Sequence record: DRR378314_1174
Reading direction: 5' to 3' (one strand)
Length of the DNA: 45,068 nucleotides
Both the position numbers and the translations under genes were made by a program. Positions 19,296-30,614 of the stretch are shown in pieces; positions within the stretch are counted from its first letter, which is position 1; every line of letters begins with the position of its first letter. The notes beneath the pieces are model-generated. The model was not told the DNA's origin. It saw only the letters and a program-made list of their open reading frames with translations, and made no database searches.

Positions 19296-21068
19296 ATGGC
19301 TTATGAAGCGCCGCTAAACGACATGGCGTTCGCGCTGCAATCTGTAGCGGACCTGTCCCGGCTTGAAGGTTTGGAGCCATTTGGCAATTACGACCCGGAA
19401 TTGATCTCGCCAATCCTCGAAGAAGCAAACAAGCTGGCGCGGGATGTTCTTGCGCCGCTCAATACCGTGGGCGACGCGCATGGCGCACAACTGACCGATG
19501 ATGGCGTGAAGGCTGCGCCAGGCTTTGCCGATGCCTATGCCCAGTTCCGCGATGGCGGCTGGATGGGTTTGTCCGCACCCGAGGAATGGGGCGGGCAAGG
19601 CCTCCCAAAGGCGCTCGCCCTGGCGGTCATGGAAATGTTTCACGCGGCGAACATGTCCTTCGGCCTCTGCCCGATGCTGAGCTTCGGAGCGATCGAAGCG
19701 CTGATCGCGCACGGCACGGACGAGCAGAAACAAACCTATCTGCCAAACCTTGTTGCCGGAAACTGGACCGGCACGATGAATTTGACCGAGCCGCAGGCCG
19801 GATCAGATGTCGGCGCGCTGAAGACAAAAGCGATTCCGAATGAGGATGGCAGCTACGCGATCACCGGCCAGAAGATCTATATCACCTGGGGCGATCATGA
19901 CGTGGCCGAAAACATCATCCATCTCGTGCTTGCCCGCTTGCCGGACGCGCCTGAAGGGTCTCGCGGAATCTCGCTGTTCATCGTTCCGAAAATGATGGTC
20001 GATGCCGACGGTAGCCTGGGCGAACGGAACGCAGTGAAGTGTATTGGCCTTGAAAAGAAGATGGGCATTCACGCCTCGCCGACCTGCGTGATGGAGTATG
20101 ATGGCGCAACAGGCTGGTTGATCGGTCAGGAGAACAAAGGCTTGGCCTGTATGTTCACCATGATGAACTCAGCCCGTCTGAATGTCGGTCTTGAAGGTGT
20201 CGCTGTGGGCGAAGCCGCTTATCAGACGGCGTTCGACTATGCGCAGGAACGCAAGCAGGGCAAGGCGACTGGTGTGGAAGGCCCCGCCCCGATACTTCAC
20301 CACGCCGATGTACGCCGTACCCTGACGACAATGCGCGCCCGCGTGGCGGCGGCTCGGTCCATCTGTTATGCGTGTGGTGTGGCGGCAGACCTCGCAGAGG
20401 CGGCGCCGGATGAAGAGACCCGCGCTGCGGCAAAGATGCGGGAAGATCTGCTGACGCCCATCGCGAAAGCGTGGTGTACGGACATGGGCGTCGACGTGGC
20501 GAGCCTTGGTGTGCAGATTCACGGCGGCATGGGGTTCATGAACGAAACGCTGGCGGGCCAGCTTTATCGCGACTCGCGCATTGCGCCCATCTATGAGGGT
20601 ACAAACGGTATTCAGGCGATTGATCTGGTCGGGCGCAAACTGTCCGGCACGAACGGTGAATCCATGCGTGTCATGTTGGGCGAAATCGAGGCGACGGCCG
20701 CGTCTGCGCGTGCAACGAATGATCCGCAGCTGGTTCAGATTGCCGACCGCCTGCGGGCGGGCGCTGATGCGCTGCGAGAGGCGAGCGACTGGATGCTGGA
20801 GGCGATGAAGGATCGCGATCAGGAAAAAGCCCTCGCTGGAGCAACAGCCTATCTTGCGCTTGCGGGCGACGTGATCGGGGGACATTTCCTGACGCGCGCA
20901 GCCGTTGCAGCACGTGGCGAGGAAGGCAGCTTCCGGGCGCGGCAACTGGCCTTGGCGGGGTTCTTTGCCGAGACCGTTCTGGCGACGGCGCCGGGACGTG
21001 TGTCTGGCATTACCGACGGCGGCTCCCCTTTTCTGGAGAACAGCGAAGCCTTGTTCGGTATCGTCTGA
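19296..21068 (+). CDS. Acyl-CoA dehydrogenase (long, ~590 aa type)
   Basis: GTMNLTEPQAGSD, GQKIYITWGDHD, KMGIHASPTC, QIHGGMG, IYEGTNGIQA. Confidence 0.95.
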   Translation: MAYEAPLNDMAFALQSVADLSRLEGLEPFGNYDPELISPILEEANKLARDVLAPLNTVGDAHGAQLTDDGVKAAPGFADAYAQFRDGGWMGLSAPEEWGGQGLPKALALAVMEMFHAANMSFGLCPMLSFGAIEALIAHGTDEQKQTYLPNLVAGNWTGTMNLTEPQAGSDVGALKTKAIPNEDGSYAITGQKIYITWGDHDVAENIIHLVLARLPDAPEGSRGISLFIVPKMMVDADGSLGERNAVKCIGLEKKMGIHASPTCVMEYDGATGWLIGQENKGLACMFTMMNSARLNVGLEGVAVGEAAYQTAFDYAQERKQGKATGVEGPAPILHHADVRRTLTTMRARVAAARSICYACGVAADLAEAAPDEETRAAAKMREDLLTPIAKAWCTDMGVDVASLGVQIHGGMGFMNETLAGQLYRDSRIAPIYEGTNGIQAIDLVGRKLSGTNGESMRVMLGEIEATAASARATNDPQLVQIADRLRAGADALREASDWMLEAMKDRDQEKALAGATAYLALAGDVIGGHFLTRAAVAARGEEGSFRARQLALAGFFAETVLATAPGRVSGITDGGSPFLENSEALFGIV

Positions 21069-22250
21069 TCAGGCTTGCAGGCGCAGCTTTGGCAAAGCGA
21101 TCAGGCAGAGCACCGAGGCGCACGATACCGCTGCTGCGACGGCGGCCAGTGGTGCCATGCCAAGCGTGACAACCGGGGCGGCAATCGCCGTTCCGGCCGC
21201 TGCCGTGACGAGGATGGCCACGAGCACAAGCGCCGATCCGCGAGCATCATCGCCGCGCGCCGCGATCACGGCCCGGAAAAATCCCGGGGGGCCGCGAAAA
21301 CCAAGGCCAAGGTTTACGGGGATAAACAAGAGCGCCAGAAAGAGAGGTTCCGAACCGCCGATAAGTGCGAACAGGAGGACACCCAGCAGCCCGCACGCTG
21401 ACATGGCGGAGCCGAACAGGATCATTGGTTCCGGGCCAAATTTTTGCGTCAGCCTGCCCGCAAGGTTTGATCCTGCAATGAAGAAGGAAATACCGGTCAC
21501 CTGCATGATGATGAAATCGTTCAGGGTGCCGTCCAGTCCTTTCGTGATCATGGCTGGTGCGCCGAAAACGAAGATGAGCAGACCGCCCAGAGTGAAGGCC
21601 TGGCTGAGCGCATAGCGCAGGAATGTCGGATTGGTGAGATGTCGCAGATAGCTGCCCGGTACGCGGGTCGAGGGCGGCGGTGGCATGCGGTGGCGCAGAA
21701 GCGCGACGAGGCCTGCGACGATCAGGCTGAGCACACCGAGCACAAGGAATGAGCTTTTCCATCCAAAGCCGATCAACAGCCAGACGCCGACAACGGGCGC
21801 CAATGCCGGAATCAGGGATTCGATGCTCGCCATGAAGCCGAGCGCGCCAACAGCTTTTTCTTCCGAGTACAATGCGCGGATCATGCCCGGAGCAAACACG
21901 GCAGCGGCTGCGCCGGTAAGACCCTGGACGAAGCGGAGACAGACAAGCGCAGGCAGGCTGGGGGCGAACATGCAGGCGATAGAGACAATCGCATAGGAAA
22001 CCAACGACCAGACCAGAAGCGTGCGCTGGTCGACACGTGCCCCAAGCTCACCAAATGCCAGCAGTCCGATGCATCCGCCTGCCACAAACGCTGCCAGCAC
22101 GAGTTGGGCCATTGCCTGGCTGCTGTTCAACGTTTCGGGAAGCGACGGAACGGCCGGCAAGACAAGGTCGGTTCCCGCAAGGCTCAGGATCGTGCCCATC
22201 ACGATGAGGGCGAACGCAATTCCGGGCGCTGCGTATTGCGTGTTCGGCAT
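21069..22250 (-). CDS. MFS transporter, Bcr/CflA-like
   Basis: TDLVLPAVP, LRFVQG, multiple hydrophobic segments; ATG at 22250. Confidence 0.88.
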   Translation of the reverse strand: MPNTQYAAPGIAFALIVMGTILSLAGTDLVLPAVPSLPETLNSSQAMAQLVLAAFVAGGCIGLLAFGELGARVDQRTLLVWSLVSYAIVSIACMFAPSLPALVCLRFVQGLTGAAAAVFAPGMIRALYSEEKAVGALGFMASIESLIPALAPVVGVWLLIGFGWKSSFLVLGVLSLIVAGLVALLRHRMPPPPSTRVPGSYLRHLTNPTFLRYALSQAFTLGGLLIFVFGAPAMITKGLDGTLNDFIIMQVTGISFFIAGSNLAGRLTQKFGPEPMILFGSAMSACGLLGVLLFALIGGSEPLFLALLFIPVNLGLGFRGPPGFFRAVIAARGDDARGSALVLVAILVTAAAGTAIAAPVVTLGMAPLAAVAAAVSCASVLCLIALPKLRLQA

Positions 22251-22375
22251 GAGGCTGGCTTTCTCGATCGGGCGCCCGCCTATGCCGGAAATGCTGCAGA
22301 ATGTCGACCGCGAGTTGCGACGCGTCTGACAGGTCGATATGACGGGCAGCAACCCTGCAGGAGGCGCAGCACGCA

Positions 22376-23365
22376 ATGGCTTGGACGAAAACCTATTCCG
22401 GCGATGAGCCTTTGCGGATCAACAAATGGTTGGCTCTGGAAGGCGTATGCTCTCGCCGGGAAGCGGACTCGCTGATTGAGCAGGGCCTGGTAAAGGTGGA
22501 TGGCGAGCGTGCCGTGTCCGGGCAAAAGGTTGAGACGGGGCAAACCGTCTTCCTGGCGCAAAAGGCGTCACGCCGCCTTGATAATCAATTGTCCATCCTG
22601 TTCCACAAGCCGGTCGGCATCGTATCGGGTACGCCGGAAGGTGACGAGATTCCAGCGGTGCGCCTGCTGACGGCAGACAGCCTGTCGGGAAAAAGTCACG
22701 CCATTCCGGGGCGTTACAACAAGCTCGCTCCGCTTGGGCGGCTCGACAAGGATTCCCGCGGATTGCTTATCCTGTCAGAGGACGGCGTTCTGGCGAAGGC
22801 CGTGATCGGGCCGGAAAGCGAGTTGGACAAGGAATACCTGGTCAAGGTGAAGGGCGATGTGACGCCCGAAAAGCTGGACAAGCTGCGCCACGGATTGGAG
22901 CTGGATGGTCGCCAGTTGAAGCCCGCTATTGTTGAGCAGGTAAAGCCTCAGGAACTGAAATTCATTCTTCGTGAAGGCCGCAATCGACAGATCCGGCGAA
23001 TGTGCCAATTGGTGGAGCTACGGGTTGTGGACCTGATGCGGGTGCGCGTTGGGCCGCTTGAATTGGCGGGGCTGCCGGAAGGCAAATGGCGTCCGATCAG
23101 CAGCCGCGAACGCTCTGCTTTGCTGAATGGTGACGCGCCCCGTGCCCGCAAGCCGAGGCCAGACAAACCAGAGCGGTCGGGGCGGCCCGCGCGGGATGAG
23201 CGTCCCCAAGGCACAGGCAAGCCGCCGCGGCGGGCTGGAGCCTCTGCGCCCCGGCGCGACAGCAAGCCCGGTGCGACAACGGGCGACAAGCGCGTATCTC
23301 CGCTGAAGGGAGAAAAGTTCAAGCGTACCAAGCTGAAACCGCGCAAGCGTACCCCCATCAAGTGA
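22376..23365 (+). CDS. RsuA/RluF-family pseudouridine synthase
   Basis: S4 domain RINKWLA..CSRREAD, GRLDKDSRGL, EGRNRQIRRM; basic C-terminal tail. Confidence 0.93.
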   Translation: MAWTKTYSGDEPLRINKWLALEGVCSRREADSLIEQGLVKVDGERAVSGQKVETGQTVFLAQKASRRLDNQLSILFHKPVGIVSGTPEGDEIPAVRLLTADSLSGKSHAIPGRYNKLAPLGRLDKDSRGLLILSEDGVLAKAVIGPESELDKEYLVKVKGDVTPEKLDKLRHGLELDGRQLKPAIVEQVKPQELKFILREGRNRQIRRMCQLVELRVVDLMRVRVGPLELAGLPEGKWRPISSRERSALLNGDAPRARKPRPDKPERSGRPARDERPQGTGKPPRRAGASAPRRDSKPGATTGDKRVSPLKGEKFKRTKLKPRKRTPIK

Positions 23366-23853
23366 GAGACCTGATCGTCATCATGGGGGTTGCCGGCAGT
23401 GGCAAATCCTCGATTGCCGAGGCGCTGTCCGCCGCGACCGGGTGGCCTTTCATGGAAGCGGACGAGTATCATTCCGCGGCAAACAAACAGAAGATGGCGT
23501 CGGGCACACCGCTAACCGATACTGACCGTGAAGACTGGGTGCGGGACATGTGCCGCGCATCAGCGGACATGCGCGCTGAACGTGTCGTTCTGGCTTGCTC
23601 TGCGCTGACCTCTTTTGTGCAGAATGGCTTGAAGGCCCAAAGCGGGCGGCGCTGCCGGTTCGTATTGCTAGACGTTCCAAAGGAAGAGCTGGCGCGGCGG
23701 ATTTCGGCCCGCGCAGACCATTTCATGCCGGTCTCGCTGCTCGATAGCCAACTCGAAGCGCTGCAGCTGCCCGACGAGGTTCTGCGCGTGGATGGGACGG
23801 CGAGTCCCGAAGACTTGGTGCCGGCGATTCAGGAGCGTCTTGCGCAGGGATGA
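23362..23853 (+). CDS. gntK: Gluconokinase (GntK/IdnK type)
   Basis: MGVAGSGKS, ACSAL, HFMPVSLLDSQ; GTGA overlap with upstream stop. Confidence 0.9.
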   Translation: MRDLIVIMGVAGSGKSSIAEALSAATGWPFMEADEYHSAANKQKMASGTPLTDTDREDWVRDMCRASADMRAERVVLACSALTSFVQNGLKAQSGRRCRFVLLDVPKEELARRISARADHFMPVSLLDSQLEALQLPDEVLRVDGTASPEDLVPAIQERLAQG

Positions 23854-23901
23854 CCTTGCGGTACGGCTCGACGGGGCTGAGAAGCTGCGTATCCTCCCAT
23901 C

Positions 23902-24966
23902 ATGGACGGTACAGAAATCAGCAAGCCGAAACGGCCACGACTCGAATATCCTTACGGGCAGTCGCCGCCAGCGCCAGGTGAGGTGAAGGAAATAGCTCCC
24001 GGCCTTTTCTGGCTCGCCATGCCGCTGCACTTCTCTCTCAAATTCATCAATGTCTGGCTGGTTGATGACGGCGACGGCTGGACCATTATCGACACCGGGA
24101 TTCCCTATGACGAAACCCGCGATGTCTGGCGCAACCTGCTCGCTGACCGGGTAAGCGAGCAAAAGCCGCTGAAGCGCGTGATCGTGACCCATATGCATCC
24201 CGACCATATCGGCACGGCGGGCTGGCTCTGTCACAAATGGGGCGCTGAACTTTGGATGACGCGGCTGGAGTACACGACGTGCCGCATGCTCGTGTCCGAT
24301 ACGGGGCGTAGCGCTCCGAAGGCGGGACTAGACTTCTATCTCCGGGCCGGTTGGAACAAGGTGCAGCTGGACCAGTACAAGGAAAAGTTCGGCGGCTTTG
24401 GGCGTGGTGTGATGCCTTTGCCGGATTCCTTCCGTCGATTGGTCGATGGCGACACGTTCGAGATGGCGGGCGAGGTCTGGGAAGTTGTTACCGGCAGCGG
24501 CCACTCCCCTGAGCATGCGTGCCTGTATTGCCCCTCTTTGAACGTCCTCATCTCCGGCGACCAGTTACTGCCCCGGATTTCCTCAAACGTTTCGGTGCAT
24601 CCCACTGAGCCAGCCGCAAATCCGTTGCTCGATTGGCTGGAAAGCTGTGAGAAGTTGAAGCAGCACCTGCCGGAAGATGTGCTGGTGCTGCCAGCGCACA
24701 ATGAGCCATTCATTGGAGCGCACAAGCGATTGCAGCATCTGATTGACGGTCACCATGTGGCACTTGAGCGACTCATTCAGCGTCTGGGGCGTGGCGCGAT
24801 GAAGGCGGTCGATTCTTTCACCACCCTGTTCGGCCGAGCGATCGCGGAAGATGAGGTTGGCATGGCGACGGGAGAGGCACTGGCTCACCTGAATTACCTG
24901 ATATATCGCGGAGACGTTTCCGTTACTCGCAATGAGACCGGGATAGACCTTTACAGCCTCAACTAG
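23902..24966 (+). CDS. MBL-fold metallo-hydrolase
   Basis: THMHPDHIG, GHSPEH, SGDQLLP, LPAHN. Confidence 0.92.
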   Translation: MDGTEISKPKRPRLEYPYGQSPPAPGEVKEIAPGLFWLAMPLHFSLKFINVWLVDDGDGWTIIDTGIPYDETRDVWRNLLADRVSEQKPLKRVIVTHMHPDHIGTAGWLCHKWGAELWMTRLEYTTCRMLVSDTGRSAPKAGLDFYLRAGWNKVQLDQYKEKFGGFGRGVMPLPDSFRRLVDGDTFEMAGEVWEVVTGSGHSPEHACLYCPSLNVLISGDQLLPRISSNVSVHPTEPAANPLLDWLESCEKLKQHLPEDVLVLPAHNEPFIGAHKRLQHLIDGHHVALERLIQRLGRGAMKAVDSFTTLFGRAIAEDEVGMATGEALAHLNYLIYRGDVSVTRNETGIDLYSLN

Positions 24967-25072
24967 ACGTTTCCCCGGCTTTTGCAGCGTCGGGCATGTT
25001 TTCGCCTTCGCATTTGCACAGTCTTTCGTCTAAACAGTTTTGGACGTCACAAAGGCGATGCAAGAGGTATTC

Positions 25073-25927
25073 ATGGCAACAGACGGTAACACCGCGGAGC
25101 AGGACGAAGCCGTCGAGTCGCCAAGTCTCGGTGCCAAGTTGAAGCAGGAGCTTCGCGAATGGGCGTCGACACTTGCCGTGTTTGTGCCCGTGTTCCTGTT
25201 ATTTTCCGGTCTGGCCTATGAGCAGCGCGTGATTCCATCGGAAAGCATGGTGCCAACGCTGCAGGTCACCGACCGGGTGGCCGTTGCGAAATTTGCCTAC
25301 GGATACGATCGTTACTCTCTGCCGTTTTCCATGGGGCGCTATATTCCGCTGCCAGAAGGGCGAATTTTCGCCAGCACGCCGACGCGGGGTGATGTGGTTG
25401 TTTTTGAGCACCCTCACACTGGCCGTGTGATGATCAAGCGACTGATCGGCCTGCCAGGAGACCAGGTGCAGCTGATCGGTGAGCAATTGTTCCTGAATGG
25501 GGAACCGGTTGAAACTGAATATTTGCGGACGGTTCGGTTCGTACCGCACAATGATGTCGCGATTGGTACATCGCACGAATGGCGCGAGACAATTGGCGAC
25601 AAGAGCTGGATCACCCATCGACAGGAAAAAGGCGGACGCGGCGACAATACGGATCTCTTCATCGTTCCAGAAGGTCATGTCTTCATGATGGGCGACAATC
25701 GAGACAATTCTCTCGACAGCCGCTTTCCGAGTGGTCATTGCCCGGCGATTGATGGTGTTATCGACCAGGCAGGCTGTCAGCCGCGTGTGCCAGCAAATCT
25801 CGCATCTATCGGCTTCGTTCCCATGGATCACCTGATCGGTCGGGCCGAAACGGTTTTGGTCAGCTTCCACAAATGTAAGCTTCAGGACGAAGAGCCATGC
25901 CGCAAACGGGTGTGGAAAGGCCTCTGA
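25073..25927 (+). CDS. lepB: Signal peptidase I
   Basis: IPSESMVPTL (Ser), MIKRLIG (Lys), GDNRDNSLDSR; GAGG RBS favours ATG 25073. Confidence 0.93.
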   Translation: MATDGNTAEQDEAVESPSLGAKLKQELREWASTLAVFVPVFLLFSGLAYEQRVIPSESMVPTLQVTDRVAVAKFAYGYDRYSLPFSMGRYIPLPEGRIFASTPTRGDVVVFEHPHTGRVMIKRLIGLPGDQVQLIGEQLFLNGEPVETEYLRTVRFVPHNDVAIGTSHEWRETIGDKSWITHRQEKGGRGDNTDLFIVPEGHVFMMGDNRDNSLDSRFPSGHCPAIDGVIDQAGCQPRVPANLASIGFVPMDHLIGRAETVLVSFHKCKLQDEEPCRKRVWKGL

Positions 25928-26055
25928 TCCTGGCCATCTGGCTGAATGGCATCGCTGCTTGAGTGGAAACGTATCTTGCCGCATGCGGGCAACCTCGTTA
26001 GGGCAATTTGTAACAAGTGGTCACGGGGCCCGCAGAAAAACGAGTATTTACCTGT

Positions 26056-26658
26056 ATGGCGATGCCAGACACGACATCGACAGACCGGAAACGCGGTCCG
26101 ATCATAATATCGCGTCACGGGCGGCCTGCGCTGGACCGTACAGCAGGACCGCGCCTGAACTGGAAACAGTATCGTGACTGGTGGGAGCGGTATGAAATCG
26201 GCCCATTGGCAGAAGACCAATCCCCACCGCAAAAACTGGTTGAGGCGGTGGCGGATGCCGACATCGTGTTCGCATCGGCGCGTTTGAGAGCGCAGCAGAC
26301 GGCCGCGCATGCCGCGCCCCACATGCAGGCCCTGTTCGATCCGGTATTCAACGAGGCACCGCTGCCACCGCCGTTGCTGCCCGGGGTTCGGTACTTGCCG
26401 AAAACGTGGAATATCCTTGCTCGTGCAGCTTGGCTGAATGGTCACGCGCTTGATGGGGAGAGCGTGAAGCAGGCGCGCCAGCGGGCCGCATCTGCGGCGT
26501 CAAAACTTGATGAGGCCTCAAGTGAGGGCAAGGTATATCTGGCCGCTCATGGATGGTTCAATCGCATGCTGCGCCCGGAAATGAAGAAGCTGGGGTGGAA
26601 ATGCACCTATGATGGCGGCGATGCCTATTGGAGTTTCCGCGTCTATGAATACCGGTGA
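26056..26658 (+). CDS. Histidine phosphatase family protein
   Basis: SRHGRP, RAQQTA, FNEAP, LAAHG; start uncertain (26017/26056/26062). Confidence 0.8.
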   Translation: MAMPDTTSTDRKRGPIIISRHGRPALDRTAGPRLNWKQYRDWWERYEIGPLAEDQSPPQKLVEAVADADIVFASARLRAQQTAAHAAPHMQALFDPVFNEAPLPPPLLPGVRYLPKTWNILARAAWLNGHALDGESVKQARQRAASAASKLDEASSEGKVYLAAHGWFNRMLRPEMKKLGWKCTYDGGDAYWSFRVYEYR

Positions 26659-26736
26659 TCTGGTTCGGAAACGGTTGTAGACCTCAGGTCACCGCTCTAG
26701 TGTCACGAGAATTACAAGAAAAGATGAGGCCGACGA

Positions 26737-26982
26737 ATGGCTGATGCGACGCAAAAACCTGTCGATAAATTGACCTTCGAGGAAGCTCTTGCAGAGCTTG
26801 AGGTGATCGTGCGCCAATTGGAGGCGGGCGAGGTCGAGCTGGAAAAATCCATAGCGATCTATGAACGTGGCGCCGCGCTGAAGGCACATTGCGAATCTCG
26901 TCTGAAATCAGCTGAGTTGAAAGTCGAGCAGATCGTGCAAGGGGCCAATGGGCCGACCACAGAACCTGCCAGTTTTGATTAG
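26737..26982 (+). CDS. xseB: Exodeoxyribonuclease VII small subunit
   Basis: LTFEEALAELEVIV..LE.G...LE.SI..YERG; heads the xseB-ispA-dxs cluster. Confidence 0.96.
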   Translation: MADATQKPVDKLTFEEALAELEVIVRQLEAGEVELEKSIAIYERGAALKAHCESRLKSAELKVEQIVQGANGPTTEPASFD

Positions 26983-26994
26983 AGGGGCGTCGCT

Positions 26995-27891
26995 ATGGGC
27001 GAAGCCCACGACTTTGAACAGCGCCTGAAAGAGGTGGCCGATCGGGTCACGGTGGCGCTGGACCAGCTGATACCTCCTGCAGGCGGGCCCGAAGCAGATT
27101 TGATGCGGGCCATGCGCCACGCTGCGCTCGCCAATGGGAAGCGGATGCGTCCGTTCTTCCTGCTAGAGACAGGAGCCATGTTCGACGCGCCGGAGAAGAC
27201 GCTGCTGAGGGCGGCCGCGGCGCTGGAATGCGTGCATTGTTACTCCCTCGTCCATGATGATTTGCCTTGTATGGATGATGACGATTTTCGGCGTGGCCAA
27301 CCAACGGTACACAAGGCGTTTGATGAGGCCACGGCGGTCCTGGCCGGGGATGCATTGCTCACCCTTGCTTTCAAGATCCTTGCTTCCTCAGAAACGCATG
27401 ATGATGCGTCTGTGCGCGCATTGCTGATTGAACGACTGGCGGATGCGTCTGGCGCGCGCGGCATGGTGGGCGGCCAGATGATCGATATGCTGGAATCAGA
27501 CAGTCCGCGGGACCTGAATACGATCACACGTATGCAGCGCCTGAAAACCGGCGCGCTGATCTCCTACGCGACAGAGGCTGCAGCCATCATCGGTCGCGCG
27601 AGAGAGGCTGAGCGCAACGCGCTGGCGGGCTTCTCCAATGACCTTGGACTGGCCTACCAGATTGCCGATGACTTACTCGATGCTACAGGCGACGAGGACG
27701 CGGTTGGCAAACCGTTGCGGACTGACGATGCCGCGGGAAAAGCCAATTTTGTTACCCTTTTGGGGATAGACGGCGCACGCGAACGCGTGAGTATTTTGGC
27801 TGCACAAGCGAAGGAACACCTCGCAATTTTTCGCGAAAAAGCCCATATACTGCTGCAATCGGTCGATTTTGTGCTCGATAGAACACATTAA
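26995..27891 (+). CDS. ispA: Farnesyl diphosphate synthase
   Basis: GKRMRP, SLVHDDLPCMDDDDFRRG, KTGAL, QIADDLLD. Confidence 0.95.
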   Translation: MGEAHDFEQRLKEVADRVTVALDQLIPPAGGPEADLMRAMRHAALANGKRMRPFFLLETGAMFDAPEKTLLRAAAALECVHCYSLVHDDLPCMDDDDFRRGQPTVHKAFDEATAVLAGDALLTLAFKILASSETHDDASVRALLIERLADASGARGMVGGQMIDMLESDSPRDLNTITRMQRLKTGALISYATEAAAIIGRAREAERNALAGFSNDLGLAYQIADDLLDATGDEDAVGKPLRTDDAAGKANFVTLLGIDGARERVSILAAQAKEHLAIFREKAHILLQSVDFVLDRTH

Positions 27892-27931
27892 GATCAGGTC
27901 TGACCGTTAAAAAGAACCGAGCTAATTTGTA

Positions 27932-29854
27932 ATGACCGATGCCCGACCCAACCGTTTGCTGGATGCAATCAACTCACCAGACGACCTGAAAGACAGGTCG
28001 CGCGGGGAATTGAAGCAGATTGCTGATGAGTTGCGCGATGAGGTGATCGATGTCGTTTCAGTGACGGGTGGTCATCTGGGATCAGGTCTCGGGGTCGTTG
28101 AGCTGACACTGGCGATCCATTCGGTTTTTGACACGCCAGACGACAAACTGATCTTTGATGTTGGGCATCAATGCTATCCCCACAAGATCCTGACCGGGCG
28201 CCGCGATCAGATGCGTACTCTGCGCCAGCCTGGTGGATTGTCCGGCTTCACCAAGCGCGCGGAAAGCGAATACGACCCGTTTGGTGCGGCGCACGCCTCC
28301 ACATCGATTTCTGCGGGGCATGGGTTTGCGAAAGCGCGCGACATACAGGGCGCCGATACGCACGTCGTGTGCGTTATCGGGGATGGGTCGATGTCAGCTG
28401 GCATGGCTTATGAGGCCATGAACAATGCCGGGGCCGACAGGTCGCGGCTAATCGTTATTCTGAACGACAATGACATGTCGATTGCGCCGCCAGTTGGCGC
28501 GATGAGCAATTATCTGTCGAAACTGGTATCTTCGCGCCCCTATCGGGGGCTGCGCCGGATCGCGAAGAAAGTGGTTTCGCCCATGGGGCTGGAGAGCCCG
28601 GCACGGCGCGCAGAAGAGTATCTGCGTGGCTTCGCGATGGGCGGAACGCTGTTTGAGGAGCTTGGCTTTTATTATGTCGGCCCAATTGATGGGCACGATC
28701 TCGACACGCTGATCCCGGTGCTTGAGAACGTGAAGGCCATGCGCGACGGACCGATCCTGATCCATGCTGTGACGCAGAAGGGCAAGGGATATGCTCCGGC
28801 TGAAAACTCCGCCGACAAGTATCACGGCGTATCGAAATTTTCGGTGGTCACGGGCGAACAGTCCAAGCCGAAGCCGAAGGCCCCCAACTACCAGAAAGTG
28901 TTTGGCCAGACGCTGACGAAGCTTGCGGAGACGGATGAGAAGATCTGTGCCATTACGGCGGCGATGCCGTCTGGTACGTCTACGGATATTTTTGCAAAGC
29001 GTTTCCCTGATCGCCACTTCGATGTGGGCATTGCCGAGCAACACGCGGTAACGTTTGCCGCTGGCCTTGCAGCTGATGGCCTTAAGCCGTTCGCAGCGAT
29101 TTACTCCACCTTCCTGCAGCGAGGATACGATCAGGTCGTTCATGATGTAGCGATCCAGAAACTGCCTGTTCGCTTTGCGATTGACCGCGCCGGCCTCGTC
29201 GGAGCGGATGGCGCGACGCACGCTGGCAGTTTTGATATTGGTTATCTCGGCGCGTTGCCGGGAATGATCTGCATGGCGGCCGCTGATGAGGCCGAACTTG
29301 CTCGGATGGTTGTCACGTCAGCGCAGATCGATGATGCCCCGTCAGCCTTTCGGTATCCACGCGGTGAAGGCACCGGCGTTGACGTGCCTGAGACCCCAAT
29401 GCCACTCGAAATCGGGAAAGGACGCATCGTTCGCGAAGGCACCACAATTGCCATCCTTTCCTACGGTACACGTCTGGCAGAAGCGGAGAAGGCGGCAGAA
29501 ATGCTCGCCGCTCAAGGTCTTTCAGCGACGGTTGCGGACGCGCGCTTCGCCAAGCCATTGGACGCTGATCTTGTCGAGCGGCTAGCAAAGGAGCACGAGG
29601 TTCTGATCACGGTCGAAGAGGGCGCCACGGGTGGCTTTGGCAGCTTCGTTCTGGAGCACCTCGCCCGTGTCGGAGCGCTCGATACGGGGCTCAAGATTCG
29701 CCCGATGACGTTGCCGGATACATTCCAGGACCAGGAAGGCCCCTATCAGATGTATGAGACGGCTGGACTGAATGCGCGCCACATCGCGGCAAAAGCGATT
29801 GAAGCATTGGGCCGGGGCGACATTGCTGAAATCAACCGGCTCGCCAGCGCCTGA
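27932..29854 (+). CDS. dxs: 1-deoxy-D-xylulose-5-phosphate synthase
   Basis: [48 protein letters not shown]. Confidence 0.98.
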   Translation: MTDARPNRLLDAINSPDDLKDRSRGELKQIADELRDEVIDVVSVTGGHLGSGLGVVELTLAIHSVFDTPDDKLIFDVGHQCYPHKILTGRRDQMRTLRQPGGLSGFTKRAESEYDPFGAAHASTSISAGHGFAKARDIQGADTHVVCVIGDGSMSAGMAYEAMNNAGADRSRLIVILNDNDMSIAPPVGAMSNYLSKLVSSRPYRGLRRIAKKVVSPMGLESPARRAEEYLRGFAMGGTLFEELGFYYVGPIDGHDLDTLIPVLENVKAMRDGPILIHAVTQKGKGYAPAENSADKYHGVSKFSVVTGEQSKPKPKAPNYQKVFGQTLTKLAETDEKICAITAAMPSGTSTDIFAKRFPDRHFDVGIAEQHAVTFAAGLAADGLKPFAAIYSTFLQRGYDQVVHDVAIQKLPVRFAIDRAGLVGADGATHAGSFDIGYLGALPGMICMAAADEAELARMVVTSAQIDDAPSAFRYPRGEGTGVDVPETPMPLEIGKGRIVREGTTIAILSYGTRLAEAEKAAEMLAAQGLSATVADARFAKPLDADLVERLAKEHEVLITVEEGATGGFGSFVLEHLARVGALDTGLKIRPMTLPDTFQDQEGPYQMYETAGLNARHIAAKAIEALGRGDIAEINRLASA

Positions 29855-29909
29855 TACCTGTCTGAAAAGCAATTTGCGGCGTGTGCCGAACCGGTCTTAT
29901 GTGCCGGGC

Positions 29910-30521
29910 ATGAGACGCTATCCCATTTACATATCGCTGGCCGCCGCAGCGCTGCTCGCTGCGTGTGCAACTGCTCCGGAAGCCGCTGATACCGGGCCAC
30001 CGCCAGAGGCCGTTATTGCCGAGGCGCTATCCGAAACGAATCCCTTTGAGGCCGAAGCGCTTCTCTCTGATCTGTTGGCGCGCAGCTCCCTGACTACCGA
30101 ACAGCGCGTGCAGGCCCTCTATCATCGTGGAAGCCTTCGCCGTCAGGATGCAGATGACCGGGAAGGCGCGGTTGAGGATTTCGAGGCCTTGCTGGCGCTC
30201 GCGCCCAATCACTCGTTGGCGCCCAATGCACAGACCGAGCTGGATTATGTCCGCACCGATATCGAGGACATCAAGGCGTCTATGAACCGGTTCCTCAATT
30301 TGCCGGATTGGTTCGATGGAACGTGGACGCTCGGCCAGCACGAGCAAGCGGTGACGCGGTATCGCGCTTCCGGACTGGCCCCGACACCCGAACAGGTTCA
30401 GACCCTGATCCAGGCTGGCTATATCTGCGAAGCAGACAGCCAGGAAGCGCGCCTTCATGATTTTGGTGAAGACCGTGATGATCTTGCTGGTATGGAATGG
30501 TGCGATGCACCGACCAGCTGA
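29910..30521 (+). CDS. Hypothetical TPR-like lipoprotein (paralog 1)
   Basis: Lipobox LAAC; ALYHRGSLR...GAVEDFEAL helical repeat. Confidence 0.8.
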   Translation: MRRYPIYISLAAAALLAACATAPEAADTGPPPEAVIAEALSETNPFEAEALLSDLLARSSLTTEQRVQALYHRGSLRRQDADDREGAVEDFEALLALAPNHSLAPNAQTELDYVRTDIEDIKASMNRFLNLPDWFDGTWTLGQHEQAVTRYRASGLAPTPEQVQTLIQAGYICEADSQEARLHDFGEDRDDLAGMEWCDAPTS

Positions 30522-30614
30522 AAGGTCACACAAAATCCACAATACCGCCCTGTGCCTGATCGTCTTCTGCGACTAGGACTGTAAGCAGTCGTTTTTGTCC
30601 CGTTGGAGATACTC

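Noticed and set aside
23130..23365. Arg/Lys/Pro-rich tail of the pseudouridine synthase as a separate gene or frameshift
   Set aside because: In frame, and disordered basic tails are common in this family
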